In this document: positions 10,230 to 25,200 of the stretch, one piece after another
Position numbering within the stretch: the first letter of the stretch is position 1
Layout of the letters: each line of letters opens with the position of its first letter
Assembly (NCBI RefSeq): GCF_030144855.1
Contig: NC_082712.1
Span: 12,028,001-12,092,000 of the forward strand
Direction: 5' to 3'
DNA: 64,000 nt
Source: Hypanus sabinus
Lineage: Eukaryota
Translations under genes and position numbers: made by a program
Notes under the pieces: model-generated
Seen by the model: the letters and a program-made list of their open reading frames with translations, nothing else
Databases searched by the model: none
Told to the model about the DNA's origin: nothing

Positions 10230-12465
10230 TCATTGGGATCTCTTCTGGGGGAGGTATGACCTGTTCAAAAGAGACGGGTTGCACAGGAAAGAGGAAGAAG
10301 AGGACAGCAGTAGTGATAGGGGACTCATTGGTCAGGTGAACAGGTAGAACATTCTGTGGATGTGAACGGGATGCCTGAATTGTACGTTGTCTCCCAGGTG
10401 CCAGGGTCAGGGACATCTTAGATTGCGTCCGCAACATTTTGGAGGGGGAGGGAGAGCAGCCGGATGTCTTGGTACATATTGCTACCAATCGCATAGGAAC
10501 AAAATGTGAAGAGGAGGTCCTGAAAAGAAAACTTAGAGAGCTAGGATAGAAATCTGGATTTCTGGATTAAATCTGGATATAATTTCTGGATTGCTGTCTG
10601 TGCCATGCGCCAGTGAGAGTAGAAACAGAATGTTTTGGCAAATTAATGTGTGGCTGAGATGCTGGTGCAGCGGGCTGGACTTGAGCTTCCTGGATCATTG
10701 GGATCAGGGGGAGGTATGACCTGCATAAAAGTGATGAGTGCACCTGAACCCAAATGGGACCAATATTCTTATGGGTGGGTTTCTTAGAGCTGTTGAGGAG
10801 GGTTTAACGTAATCTGGCATTGGGGTGGGAAATGGATTGAAGTGACTCAGGAAAGGATGGATGGTAAACAAGCAAAGATAGAATTCAGTCAGGCTGTCAG
10901 GAAGGACAGGCAGATGATAGGATGTAACTGTAGACCAGCAGAATGCGTATTGGTGCATTTGGGATGCAGAAACCAAAATAGTAAATATGATACTCAAAGT
11001 GTTATAACTCAATGCACAGAGTGTAAGAAATAAGGTGGATGATCATGTTGCGCTATTACAGATTGTCAGGAATGATGTGGTCATCACTGATTCATGGCTG
11101 AAGGATGGTTGTAGTTGGGAGCCAAATGACCAAGACTACACATTGTATCAGACAGATAGGAAGGTAGGCAGAGGGGATGGTGTGGCTCTGCTGGTAAAGA
11201 ATGGCATCAAATCAGTAGAAAGATGTGAAATCAGATCAGAAGAATTTGAATCCTTGTGGGTTGAGTTAAGAAACTGTAAGGGTAAAAGGACCCTGATGGT
11301 ACTTATATACAAGACTCCCAACAGTAGCTTGGAGGTGGACAAAGGATTACAATGGGAAATAGAAAGAGTATGTCAAAACAGTAATGTTATGTTTATCATG
11401 GGAGATTTCAACTTGCAGGTTGATTGGGAAAATCAGGTAGGTCATGGATCTCAAGAAAGTGAGTTTGTTGAACACCTGAGAGATTACTTTTTAGATCAGT
11501 TTGTCATTGAGCCTAATAGGGGATCAGTTATACTGAACTTGATGTTTTGTAATGAACTGGAGGTGATAAGGGCGTTTAAGGTAAAAGAAACCCTTGGAGA
11601 CAGTAATTACAATATCATTAAGTTCAACTTGACATTTGATAGGGAGAAAGTAAACTCTGATGTCGCAGTTTTTCAATGGAGTAAAGGAAATTACAGTGGT
11701 ATGAGAGAGGAGTGGGCCAAAGTAAAGTTAAAGAATTTGCTAGCAGGAATGACAGCAGAGCAGCAATGGTGTGAGTTCCTGGAAAAATGAGGAAGGAGCA
11801 GAATAGATGTCTTCCAAAAATGAAGAAATACTCAAATGGGGAAATAGTACAACCATGGCTGACAAGGGAAGTCAAAGCTAATATAAAAGCAGAAGAGAGG
11901 ACATACAACAAAGCAAAGATGAGTGGGAAGGCAGAAGATGGGGAAGCTTTTAAAACCCTACCAAGATCAACTGAAAGAATATTTAGGAGGGAAAAGATGA
12001 AATATGAAAGCAGGCTAGCAAACAATATCAAGGAGGATAGTGAAAGCTTCTTCAAATATGTAAAAATTAAAAGAGAGATGAGAGTAGATTTAGGACCGCT
12101 AGAAAATGAGGCTGGAGAAATAATAACAAGGGATAAGGAGATGATTGATGAATCATCAGGCTTCACTGTGAAAGACACTCATAGTGTTCCAGAAGTTGAA
12201 GGGTGTGAGGGAAAAGAAGTGGGTGCAGTTACTATTACAAGGGAGAACTTGCTCAAAAAGCTGAAAGACCGAAGGGTATATTAGTCACCTGGACCAGATG
12301 AACTGGACCCTAGGGTTCTGAAAGTGGTAACAGTCGAGATTCTGGAGGAATTTATAAGGATCTTTCAAATCAATGATTGGACTGGCATGGTGCCAGAGGA
12401 CTGGGAAATTGCAAATGTCACTACACTCTTTAAGAAAGGAGAAAGGCAGCAGAAAGGAAACTCCC
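10230..12465 (+). mobile_element. CR1 LINE: ORF1 end, ORF2 endonuclease and linker, disrupted
   Basis: APE motifs VVITDSWL, GDFNL and SNYNIIKF in ORF 11035-11790; continues to KSPGPD-like and PEDWEIANVT sequence. Confidence 0.9.
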
Positions 12466-12469
12466 TATA

Positions 12470-14340
12470 TCGACCATCTTGCTGGTGAACGTGCAGTCTC
12501 TGGTGAATAAAATTGATTATCTCAGAGTTAGGGTACTGAATCAGAGGGACATTAGGATCGTGTGTGTCCTTTGTTTCACAGAATCCTGGTTAACTTTTTG
12601 CGTACTGGATGCAGTGATCCTGATTGATGGGTTTACTCTACAGATCTATCCTGACAGTGTAGAGTGTCTCAAAAGCAGAGGTGGAGGAGTATGCCTCATG
12701 ATGAACTCCTCTTGGTGCACAAATATATCAGTGCTGTCCCAATTCTGCTCACCAGACCTGGAATATCTAGTGGTTAAGTGTCGTCCATTTCAGCTACCAC
12801 AGGAGTTCTCCTGGGTCATTTAGTTAGCAGTATACATTCCACCTCAGGCCAGTGTCAATCAGGCTTTAGATGATCTGGGCATGGGATTAACATGCATTAA
12901 ACAGCACACCCTAATGCCTTCACCATTGTTTTGGGGGATTTTAACCAGGCCAGTCTAAAAAAAACACTAAACAATAACCATCAACAGATCACTTGCAATA
13001 CCAGAGGAAACAACACACTGGACCATTGTTACACCACCATCAAGAATGGTTACAGTGTTATTCCATGCCCTCACTTCAGGAAGTCTGATCACCTGGCTGT
13101 ACTACGACTCCCTGAGTACAGGCAGAGGCTGAAGACAGCTGCACCAGTAGTGAGGACCAAGAAGGTCCTCATTGAAACGTGTGTGAGTGTGTGTGTGTGT
13201 GTGTGTGTGTAGGAGAGTGTAAGAGAGTGTAANNNNNNNNNNNNNNNNNNNNNNNNNNNNNNNNNNNNNNNNNNNNNNNNNNNNNNNNNNNNNNNNNNNN
13301 NNNNNNNNNNNNNNNNNNNNNNNNNNNNNNNNNNNNNNNNNNNNNNNNNNNNNNNNNNNNNNNNNNNNNNNNNNNNNNNNNNNGACTCGCTATACATTCA
13401 CAAATCAAAAGCTGTGGATGAACCAGGAGGTACATCATTTGCTGAAGGCGACATCTGTGACATTTTGGACTGGCGACCGAGATCTGTACCAAAAAAAAAG
13501 TTCTGACTCGCGGAGGGTTATTTTAAGGGCAAAGAGACAAGTTTGAATGAAGTTGGAGCTGACATTGGATGCACAGCAACTCTGGCAGAGTATGCAAGAC
13601 ATTACTTCCTAAAAAAGCAAAACCCAAACAGCATGAATGGCCACGATGCCTCAGTACCAGATGAACTCAACACCTTCTATGCCCACTTTGAAAGGGAGAA
13701 CACAACTACAGCTGTGATGATTCCTGCTGCACCGGATGACCCTGTGACCTCTGACTCTGAGACCAGTGTTAGGCTACCTTTAAAGAGGTTGAACCTTCGC
13801 AAGGCGGAAGGTCGGGAGCATTCAAGGACATTTTCAAACTCTCACTGCTACAGGCGGAAGTTCCCACTTGCTTCAAAAAGGCAACAATTACACCGGTGCC
13901 TAAGAAGAATAATGTGAGCTGCCTTAATGACTATCGCCCAGTAGCACTCACATCGACAGTGAAGAAATGCTTTGAGAGGTTGGTTATGTCTAGACTGAAC
14001 TCCTGCCTCAGCAAGGAACTGGACCCACTGCAATTTGCCTATCACTACAATAGGTCAACAGCAGATGCAATCACAATGGCTCTTCATACAGCCTTAGACC
14101 ACTTGGACAATACAAACACCGAATTCAGTTTGCTGTTCATCGACTACAGCTCAGCATTTAACACCATCATTTCAACACTCCTGATTGAGACGCTGCCGAA
14201 CCTGGGCCTCTGTACCTCCCTCTGCAATTAGATCCTCGACTTTCTAACCAGAAGACCACAATCAGCGTGGGTTTGTGACAACATATCCTCCTCGCTCACA
14301 TTCACTACTGGTGCACCTCAAGGGTGTGTGCTTAGCACAC
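12470..14340 (+). mobile_element. Rex1/Babar-type LINE ORF2 (endonuclease and RT), interrupted by a (GT)n tract and an assembly gap
   Basis: LCFTESWL, GDFN, DHCYTTIKNGY, SDHLAV; RT motifs [45 protein letters not shown]. Confidence 0.85.
13233..13383. other. Assembly gap (151 N)
   Basis: Run of N directly after a (GT)n microsatellite. Confidence 1.
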
Positions 14341-17300
14341 TGGTTGGTTGATGCTTTTGTTGTTGCCTCTGAGTGAATGGGCAGTGGGGGTCTTTGGGAT
14401 TCTGGGATTTTCTATCGTTCATTCTTAGACCACTTGGACAATACAAACACCGAAGTCAGGATGCTGTCTTTGGGATTCTGGGATTTTCATTCCTTGGAGG
14501 CTTTCTTTCTGCTTCATGGACGTCTGCAAAGAGTAAGAATTTCAGGTTGGATAGAAACATAGAAAACTTGCAGCACAATACCGGCTCTTCAGCCCACAAA
14601 GTTGTCCCGGACATGTTGCTACCTTAGAAATTACTCGGGTTACCCATAGCCCTCTATTATATGTGGAATACATTCTCTGATATTAAATTCAACAATTGAA
14701 CCATTAAACCATTGGATCGCTGCATGAAAGGGAACCTTGGGGTAGTACGTGGTGATATATACGTACTTTGGTAATTAGTTTGAACTTTGCAGGGAATCTG
14801 GAAGCACAGACTCAAGTCATCTGCAATCACATCAATTCAGATTCCGATACAATTATGTATTAATTACACGTGAAATGCACCATTATTGTAAGGAATCTAT
14901 GTGCTGGGAGGCAGGCAGTGTACAAGTGTCCTTACAATTGAAGGATCTATCCTTCCCATGAGCTTGGCCTGTCACCAGAGTCCATTTCACAGCCTCCCTC
15001 GCACCTCACATGTACCCCAGCTCTACCTCCCTGATCCTGTCTCAGGAATAGTCCCTCCCTCCTATAACCATTCCACAGCCTCACCATCACTCTGCACACC
15101 TCCCAGCTCCACCACCCTGTTTCCCTCTCAGGAACAGTCCCTCCTCTTCATCCACCCACCACCCTGAGCCCAGTTAACAGATAGGGGGCATTCGGTTGTC
15201 CTGCCCTGCTCCACCTGTCAATATGGCCATGGCTGACCATCGACTTTAGGATCCTTAACCACAATACCTTCGGCAGTGAGACATTATACAGGAACTCAGC
15301 AAGTCAGGCAGCATCTATGAAAGGAAATCGATGTTTTGGGCCAAGATATTTCATCATGACTCAACTGTTTATTCCTTTCCATTGATGCTGCGAGACTTGC
15401 TGGGATCCACCAGAATTTGTATGTGTTGCTCTAGATTTCCAGACTCCCTTTATTTATGATTTGGCATTATGAAATTGTTCCTTCTTGAAAATATTTTGGG
15501 ACTCGGCCACCTCTGCATTCTATGCTGGAGACAATTCTGTAATGTTCACCTCACTTGGAGATAGGAAAATTTAAAGTATCTTCGGTGCGGTACCATGTGT
15601 GTCTCATGGCTGTGGCCAGAGGTCTTGGACGTCACATTGAGTATGAACAACTAAAGTGAAGGATGAATCTGCTATTGGTACCCTACCCTGACACTAACTA
15701 CAGGAAACTGCAAAGACAACCCGAGAGTCCTTCACCCACTCCTCAGTGCTTTGGACTTCTCATTCACTGCACTTTACTTCCTGACCCTGAATTACTGACC
15801 TTTTTTTCAGTTGCTGTAGGATATTGAGGAACTGTCAAACTGTTCTTACGACTCACAAGAACCACAATGCTGACCACTCAAAAGAAGAAGTCAAACAGAG
15901 GGGAAAGTTATTCTAAGAACTTAAGGGAACAACTGCAAAGTGTGCCTCAATGCACTCACCATATCCTGTGTAAAACAAACCTGCCCTGCCCTTTAAAGTG
16001 CACACCCTCCCCAACCAACACACATACACAAAGCTTAAGGTAGTGCTTGTAGTATTTGTAGCAATGGAGCAGTTTGGGAACAGTTTGTTCTTCTTTTCTG
16101 ATGAAAGATGTGCTGGCATTGGGGGTGGGGGGGCAGAGGAGGGTGACAAGAAAGATTCCAGGAGTGAAATGGTTAACTCATGAGAATCGTTTGACAGCTC
16201 TTGGCCTGTCCTCACTGCAGCTTAGAAGATTGAGGGCACATCTCACTGAATCCTGTTGAATATTGAAAGCCTGAGTTAGAGTTGACGTGGGGAGGATGTT
16301 TTTAATGTGGATGAGTCTAGGACCAGAGGGCATGAATCAGAATTGAGTGATTTCCATTTAGAACAGAGCTGAGGAGGAATATGGTTTGGCAGGTGGTAAT
16401 GAATTGTAGAATTCACTGGCACTAACGGCTGTGTATGCCAAATCATTGAGTATATTTAAAGTTGAGGAGGATAGGTTATTGGCGTCAGGGCATCAAAGGT
16501 TAGGGGAAGAAGGCAGAAGAGAGGGATCCAGTGGGATAATAAAATAGTCATGATGGCATAGCAGGGGACAGTCGATGGGTCAAATGGCCAAATTATTCTC
16601 CTATGTGTTGTGGTCTTAACTACAACAGCCTTTATAAACTCACTGTGAACTAAGTCATGTAAACACACAGACAAGAACATGACAATACCCGATCATACAC
16701 ACTTCCATATAGGGGAAGATGTACAACAGACATGAAAGTGCCAGATAATCAAACATCTCACAGTCAAAGGCATTTAGATCACATCTTCCCCATTCTGAAA
16801 TTTGTTCTGAGCAACAACTGAACCTTTCAAACATCTCTGCATTGGGCTGCTGCCACATGAGTGATTGAAGGGGTTTAATTGAGCTGGAGGTCTGTAATTA
16901 GGGATGTTTCATAGGGTTTTGTGCTGGGACCTCTGCTGTTTGTGATGTACGTAAATGAACTGGATACAAATGCAGATTGGTGGGTTATTAAGTTTGTAGA
17001 TGACACTAAGATTAGTGGATTGTGGATTATGTAGCAGACTGGCAAAGAATACAATACAATATATATCAGTAGTAGGTCTGGACAAAGAAATCACAGATGG
17101 AGTTTAACTCAGATAAATGTGGGGTTTTACACCTTGGTAGGGACATTGCCAGGAGACAATACACTGTCAGGCAAGACTGTCAACAGGTGCGCTTTGCACC
17201 TTGGACCCAGAGGAACACTGTTTCATTTGATTGTTTTCAAGTGCACGGGTGAATGACAATTGAACTTGAACGAACTCATTAACATTTCACACTACAGCCA

Positions 17301-20300
17301 CATGTCTCTCAATCCCATAGATCAGACGAAGGGCCTTCAATCACAGGTACTCTGCTGCTTCAAACACCTACACTTATCCTTGGTTAATCCCAGGCTCATG
17401 AGCATGCCTGAAAGGATCCCACACACCCCTCATACAAACTCTTCTCCCTCCTGCCGTCTGGGAAAAGGCACCAAAGCATTCGGGCTCTCACGACCAGACT
17501 ATGTAACAGTTTCTTCCCCCAAGCTATCAGACTCAGATCCCTCAATACCCAGAGCCTGGACTGACACCTTACTGTCCTATTGTCTTGTTTATTATTCACT
17601 GTAATGCCGGCACTGTTTTGTGCACTTTATGCAGTCCTGTGTAGGTCTGTAGTGTAGTGCAGTTTTTTTTTCTGTGTTGTATTTTACGTAGTTCAGTCTA
17701 GTTTTTGTACTGTATCATGTAACAGCATGGTCCTGAAAAAAACATTGTCTCATTTTTCCTATGGTCGAAATGACAATAAAAAATGACTTGACAGGACTTG
17801 ATATCTTTCTACGCCTTGCCTATCTAGGTACCTGTGTCAATGCATCAAACACATTCCAGAGATTAAACAGTCCATGTGTAAATTTTGGTTCATGCAAAAA
17901 CCCTTTCTCACTCTCACTCTATTAGCTCATATTGTATTATCTTCTGTGTAACGTCTGTTGGAAATTGGAAACACTCCGACAAACAGCAGATCGAAACTTC
18001 ATCAATAATTGGCAGTCAGAGAAGATCTGTTTTCTCTAATAATGATGAGAGGAAATACCAATGCCCATGAATGTAAAACCGACAAAGTGTGTTGTATACA
18101 GTCCTGTCCGTCACACGCAACGTCCTCCCCACCATTGAGCACATTTAAAAGCAGCACTGCCACAAGAAAGCAGCACCCATCATTTAGGGCACCCACCATC
18201 CAGCCCACTCTCCCTTCTCTCTTGCTGCTATCAGGAAGAAGATAAATGCCCCTTAGGTTGAGGAAGAGTTATTACACTTCAGTCATCAGGTTTCTGAAAT
18301 AGTGTGGATGACTTCACCTGCTTCAGCACAAAACTGATCACTGAACACAGCTCATGAACTCAGTTTCAAGGACTCTGCAACTTACATTCTTCATATTGTT
18401 ATCTATCTATCTATTACTTGTTATTTTTTGATAGCTGGTCTTCTTTTGCACAATGGTTACTTGTCAGTTCTAACTTTACTCGCTTTTTCCCTCTCAGGGA
18501 CAATTCATCCCTTTAAACCCACCCACCACTGTGAGACCCGTTAACAGGTGTCGGCCATTTGTCTGACCGACCCTGCTCCCCCAGTCAAAACAATCATGAT
18601 GGACCGTTCACCTCAGGATCCTTCATCTTTAATCTCTTTGGCATTAGAAGACTATGCAGGACCTCAGAAAGTCAGGCAACATCTATGAATAGAAATAAAC
18701 CGTTGACATTTCTGGCCAAGATCCTTCATCAGGACTAGATTGACAAAGGATTTCAGTCCAAAATACCAGCTGTTTATTCCTTTCCATTGATACTTACTGA
18801 TTTGCTGAATTCCTCCAGCTTGTTTTTGTGTGTTACACTGGGATTCCATCATCTGCAGTATGTTCAAAGGTTCATTTTATCATCAAGGTATATATGCATA
18901 ATAGAACTCTGAAATTTGTCTTCTCCAGGTAGCCATAGAGCACAGAAAATCATATGTTGGAAGACATCAATGCCCTCCTGCATGAAAAGAAATAAACAAA
19001 AACCCACAAACTGCAAACAACCCAAACCCTCCCTTACACAAAAACTACAGATCACCCAAACCCCAGCCCGCTAATCTGCAGCAAGAAATAATGGGCGAGA
19101 CCACGAGAAAAAAACATAGAACTGTAAGAGGCCAATATGAACTACAGTCCAATCCATAAATCTCAGAATTTCAATAACATCTCCAAGAAAATCAGGAGTG
19201 GTCTCAGGATGCAAGAGATAATATGCCCACAAGACTATAAGTCATAGGCACAGAATTTGGCCATTTGGCCCATCAAGTCTGCTCTGCCACTCAATCCTGG
19301 TCAATCCTTTCTCTCCCTCCTCAGCCCCGCTCCCCAGCCCATTCCTCGTAACCTTTGATGCCCTGTCCAGTCAAGAAGTTATCAATCACTGCCTTAAAAA
19401 CCCCAGTGACTTGGTCAGTACAGCTGCCTGTAGTGACAAATTCCACAAATTCATCACCCTCTGACAAAAGAAATGTCTCCACATCTCTGTTTTAAATGGA
19501 CACCCCTCTATCATAAGATTGTGCCCTCTCCCCTATCATGGAATACTTCCTTTCCGCATCTACTCTGTGTAGACCTTTCAACATTTGGAAGGTTTCAATG
19601 AGGTCACCCCCCTCCCATCCATCTAAATTCCAATGAGTACAGTCCCAGAGCCATCAAACGTTCATCATATGATTACCCTTTTGTTTCCAGAATCTTCCTT
19701 GTGAACCTGCCCTGAACCCTCCCCAATGCCAGCACATCTTTTCTCAGATGAGGAGTCCAAGACTGGTCACAATACTCATGATGAGGCCTCACCAATAGGT
19801 TCAATAGATACATTTAATGCCAGAGAAATCCATACAATATACATCCTGAAATTCCTTTTCTTCACTAACATCCATGAAAACAGACGAGTGCCCCAAAGCA
19901 TGAATGACAGTTAAACATTAGAACCCAAAGCCCTCCCCAGCACCCCGCTCCCTCGCAAAAGCAGCAGCAAGACAAAGCCCCCCCCCCCCCCAGCAAAGCA
20001 TCAGTAAAGACACAGACTTGCAGTACCCCAAAGACTATCCGTTCCCCTGGTAATTCGACATACCACAGGTTCCCTCTCCCACTGATAAGGGAAAAAGAGA
20101 TGTTCCCGTATCTCAGCGAGAGGGGATGCATAATGAAAAACTGATTTATGATCTTAAAAGTTTGCTGCGTTGCATTTTCCAAGCTCTGCGCCCAGAGAAT
20201 CGGCCCCGAGGCTCAAGTCCTGGACACACAATAGACAATAGGTGCAGGAGTAGGCCGTTTGGCCCTTCGAGTCAGCACCACCATTCAATGTGATCATGGT

Positions 20301-20859
20301 TGATCATCCAGAATCAGTACCCCGTTCCTGCCTTCTTTCCATATCCCTTGACTCAGCTATCTTTAAGAACTTTACCTAACTCTTTCTTGAAAGCATCCAG
20401 AGAATTGGCCTCCACTGCCTTCTGAGGCAGAGCATTCCATAGATCCACAACTCTCTGGGTGAAAAGGTTTTTCCTCAACTCTGTTCTAAATGGCCTACCC
20501 CTTATTCTTAAACTGTGGCCTCTGGTTCTGGAACACAACAGGCAGCTAACCCACTGCTCCTGATGTTCCATGTTCTCCCGCAATGCCTCAGTCAGGGACA
20601 CCGGCCTTGAATTTCCCGTCTCCAGAACCACGAAAATCCGGCACCCTGAAGGCGAGCTTGCAGGCCTCGTCCTTGGGGAATCAAAAAGCGCCGGTCGTGA
20701 GGCCCTGAGAGCGGGTCCCATTCCCACAAAGAACCAAAGTCAGAGTGTAACTCTGGGTCAGGGTCTTAAAAAGATCCTTCAAAAGCGAAAAAAGACACAT
20801 CAAAGATAGAAATAGAGCTGTTTTGGAAGATGCAAGCAAAAGAATCGCCATTTGGCACC

Positions 20860-22725
20860 ATCATCATTTTGCTCCACCCTTCCAGTGCCTTATAAAGCTT
20901 CAGCATCACATTTTGTCATTTTGTCACTCGTAGTTCAGTCCCTCCCCACCTACATCCAGAATACATCCCATGCCCTCCACCACTTCAATAACTTCCAGTT
21001 CCCCGGTCCCGACCGCTTTATTTTCACAATGGATGTCCAATCCTTATACACTTCAATTCCTCATCTAGAAGGCCTCAACCCCCTCCACTACTTTCTGGAC
21101 AACAGACCTCACCAGTTCCCCAACACCACCACACTCCTCCGGTTGGTGGAACTGGTACTCACACTTAATAACTTCTCTTTTGGCTCTTCCCACTTTCTTC
21201 AGACCAAGGGTGTAGCTATGGGCACTCGCATGGGCCCCAGCGATGCCTGCCTCTTTGTTGGTTATGTGGAAGAGTCTATGCTCCAAATCTATACGGGTGC
21301 TGCTCCCCAACTTTTCTTTCAATACATTGACAACTACATTGGTGTTGCTTCCTGCACCCATGCTGAGCTCATCAATTTCATCGACTTTGCCTCTCACTTC
21401 CACCCAGCCCTCAAATTCACTTGGTCCATCTCTGACACTTCTCTCCCCTTTCTCGATCTCTGGAGACAGACTGTCCACTGACATCCTCTGTAAACCGAAG
21501 GACTCTCATAACTACCTCGACTTCCCATCCTGCCAAATGCAAAAATGCTATTCCTTATTTCCAGTTCCTTCGTCTCCTCCGCATCTGGTCCCAGGTTGAG
21601 GCTTTCTGTTCCAGGACATCTCAGATGTCCTCTTTCTTTAAGGATTGTGATTTCCCTTCTGCAGTCATCAATGGTGCCCTCACCCGCATCTCCTTCATTT
21701 CCCACACTTCAGCCCTTACCCCATCCGCCTGTCACCACAACAGGGACCGAGTTCCCCTTGTCCTCACCTACCACCCCACCAGTCTACAGATCCAGCACAT
21801 TATCCTCCGCCACTTCTGCCAATTTCAACAGGACCCCACCACTAAGCACATCTTTCCCTTTCTACCCCTCTCTGCTTTCTGCAGGGATCGTTCCCTCCAC
21901 GACTCCCTGGTCCACTCATCCTTCCCCATAGATCTCCCACCTGGCACTTATCCCTGCAAGCGTAAGTGCTACACCTGTCCTTACATCTCCTCTCTTACTA
22001 ACATTCAGGGCCCCAAACAGTCCTTCCAGGTGAGGCAACTCTTCACTTGTGAGTCTGTTGGGGTCATCTATTGCATTCGGTGCTCCCGATACGGCCTCCT
22101 CTACATCGGAGAGATCCGACGCAGATTGGGGGACTGCTTCATTGCGCACCCTCGTTCCATCTGCCACAAGAAACAGGATCTCCCGGTTGCCACCCACTTC
22201 AACTCTGCTTCACATTCCCATTCGGATATGTCCAAACATGGCCGCGTCTACTACCATGATGAGGCCAAACTCAGGTTGGAGGAGCAACACCTCATATACG
22301 GTCTGGGTAGTTTCCAGCCCCTTGGCATGAACATTGAATTCTCGAACTTCCGGTAAATCCCTCCCTCTCCCTTCCCCCATCCCACTTTCACTCAGCCTCC
22401 TCTTCCAGCTGCCTATCACCTCTCTCATGGTTCCGCCTCCTACTACCCATAGAGCTTTCCCCTTATGTTCCTTCTTCACCTTTCCTGCCTATTGCCTCTG
22501 CTTCCCCTCCCCCGCACTTTGTCCTTTCCTCTTACTGGATTTTCACCGGCACCTACAGCCTTCTCCTTCCCACCCTCCCCTCACCTTCTCTATAGGGCCC
22601 CTGCCCCCTCCCTCTTCATTCCTGATGAAGGGTCTTGGCCCGAAACGTTGATGCTTGTTTCCACGGATTCTGTCCAACCTGCTGAGTTCCTCCCGCGTGT
22701 GGTACGTGTTGCATCAATCCACTGA
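20860..22725 (+). mobile_element. Penelope-like retroelement (RT and GIY-YIG endonuclease), disrupted
   Basis: RT motifs TMDVQSLYTSIPH, GVAMGTRMGP and QYIDNYIG; GIY-YIG motif VIYCIRCSRYGLLYIGE...HFNS; frameshifted. Confidence 0.9.
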
Positions 22726-22918
22726 ATGCACACTTGCCACATTCCTGCAAAATTCCTCATTCTCGCAGAACTTGAGGGCACAGCCTCAAAACTGAGGAGT
22801 GACATTTTAGGACTGAGGTAAGGAGGAATTTTTTTAATCAGAGATCAGTGGATTTGTGGAATTCTCTGTAACTGACTGCTGTAGAGGCCAAGTCCGTGCG
22901 TATATTTGTGTAGGTGTG

Positions 22919-23065
22919 TGGCGAAGTGGTTAAGGCTTTGGGCTAGCGATCTGAAGGTCGTTAGTTCGAGCCTCAGCCGAGGCAATAGGCAGGAAAGATC
23001 AAGAAGGAATGTAAGCGTGTGTCCTTGAGCAAGGGACTTAACCACACACTGCTCCTGCATGTTCC
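22919..23065 (+). mobile_element. tRNA-derived SINE (an inverted copy lies at about 38520-38660)
   Basis: A box TGGCGAAGTGG and B box GTTCGAGCC, then the SINE body CGTGTGTCCTTGAGCAAGG. Confidence 0.75.
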
Positions 23066-23810
23066 AAACCACCAGTGGCGGCGGTTGGACAAGACAAGGT
23101 GAAGTTGAAGTTGAAGTTGATCGGTCAGGGCATCAAAGGATATGGTGAAAAGGCAGGTGTATGGGGCAGAGTGGGATTAGCCATGATGGAATGGCAGAGC
23201 CGACTCACTGAGCAGAATGGCGTAATTCTGATGCTATGTTTACATTCTTATGGGAATGCAGATTGTTTCAGAAGGGGGAAATGGAGAGAAGGCCAGGACG
23301 TCTCTGTACGCTAAAAGCAGGAGTTCAGCAGTGACAGTTTGGAAGCAAATGTTACTTTGAACTTCATTGCAAGGTGATTTGAGAACAGAAGACAGAATGT
23401 TGCTGCAGCTGTACAGGGCCTTAGAGAGAACCTATCTGAAGTTTGTGCAGTTTGGAGTTTGTCTTTGTTGGGATGATTTATCAGAGAGCGAATGTAGTGA
23501 AGGTGTATGAAGAAACCAGAGGGAGCAGGAATAATGCCTGATGAGAGAGTGAATTAGTTGGCCCCATAGACACTGGAGTTGAGAGGAATGTCTAAGAACT
23601 CATAGAACCTTGTAAGATTCTAACAGGACAGGATAAATATCGGAGAGCATGGAACCGGAAAACACAGACACTGGGAAATCAGAAAGCTATTTGGAAGTAG
23701 GAACAGAAATGTCTACACCCAGCTGGTGGTAAACATATGGAGCGAGGAGGCCGGGTCTGCTGAACCGGTTTAAAAAACTGGTCTTCTCAGCCTCCCTTGG
23801 TGGATTGGTC

Positions 23811-23820
23811 TCATCCGCCT
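23811..23820 (-). pseudogene. Paralogous tail exon (copy B)
   Basis: Acceptor ttgttctgtccacag|A GGC GGA TGA. Same phase as copy A, giving ...LLG-GG-stop; flanking sequence is homologous to 38890-39230. Confidence 0.55.
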
Positions 23821-24934
23821 CTGTGGACAGAACAAGATCAATTAACGTGATCCACGGCAGTTGTACAATGAGACCAAATCCGGCATCCCTCTTCACTTAT
23901 AATTTTGGAAGGGAATAGGATCGAGACATGAACGGAATTCCCAAAGGGTAGATTTTATCATCGGTGTCAGCGTTCGACACAGATATGGTTTTCAGCCCAT
24001 GTACACATCAAATTGGAAGCTTTACAGTAACGCAGCAATAGAGGTAGTGGTGTTGATAGGAAGCCGAATGGCCTTAGTCTATAGGATAGTATTGATCGAA
24101 TAGTATGGTTCTTAGATTAAGACCATAAAACAAAGGAGCAGAAATAGAAGATTCAGCCATTCTATTCTGCTCTGACATTCGACTGTGGTTAATTTACTAT
24201 ACCTATCAACCACACTCTCCTGCCCTCATCCCCTATGGTTCTCCGCCTTACATACATCCAGACAGACAGACATACTTTATTGATCCCGAGGGAAATTGGG
24301 TTTCATTACAGTAAATTCCACAGACTCAGCCACCTGCGGTGTAAGGAAATTTCTCGTAATCTCTGATCTAGGGGGACGTCTTTGTATGAATGGCAGAGTG
24401 AAGTAATTCTGGCTGGGAAGTGGGTACAAAAATCCTGGGTGCAACGTAAATGCAACGTATTCTGTAATGGATCAAGGTTGTAAATTAAGGAGGAACCTGA
24501 TTATCAGTAATATAAGAAAAAGTTACGTGAGTTGAATCACTTTTCGATTGTTAATATGTTTGAAGCGGTTATGACGACAGTTTAAACTGGATTACGGTGA
24601 AGGGAGATATGGCAGAGATTCAGTCAGGAGCCAGATCTCTGAGAGATTTGCGTCGTGGGCGAGCTTTGTGGAGAATGAGAAGAGCAGAATCACCCCGGGT
24701 TGACTGATTGCCCTGGTCCCAGTGCACGTGGGATGGCGGGAGTCGAGACTTCCCTGTATTGCTTTTTCCGCGGAGGTCCGGAGTGACATTTTGTGCACAT
24801 CAGAGATTAGATTTGTAGTTAGAACATAGAACATTACAGCAGAGTTCAGGCCCTTCGGCCCACGATGTTGTGCCGAGCTGTCAGCCTTCTCTAAGCTCAA
24901 GCTATTATTTATTATGTGATGGTTTACAGACACA

Positions 24935-25200
24935 GGGCTGAGCAGTCCCTACCAGCCCACCGAGCCGTGACACCTAGCACCTCACCGATGTAATCCCAGC
25001 CTAATCACCGGACGATTTAAAATTAACAATTAACCTGCTGACGTCTTTAGATTGTGAGATGGAACCGTAGCAGCTGGAGGAAACCCACCCGCACACGGGA
25101 AGAACGTACACAGTTCCTAACAAAGGACGCCAGAAATGAACTTCGAACTGACGCCCAATGTGTAATCGCATCGTGCTAACCGCTGCGCTACTGTGGCGTC
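24935..25200 (-). mobile_element. Shark/ray HE1-like SINE (paralogue at about 40110-40310; related copies at about 310-440 and 41690-41850)
   Basis: Core GGTTTCCTCC...CCACAGTCCAAAGAC-like sequence with tRNA-like head on the minus strand. Confidence 0.65.

Noticed and set aside
15040-18640. Possible plus-strand exons after strong-looking acceptors (about 15131, 15811, 18497)
   Set aside because: No consistent open frame, donor or recognisable protein. The TCTCAGG motif lies in a locally repeated, degenerate sequence.
22919-22985. tRNA gene
   Set aside because: A and B boxes are present but run into a SINE body, there is no complete cloverleaf, and an inverted copy lies at about 38.6 kb.
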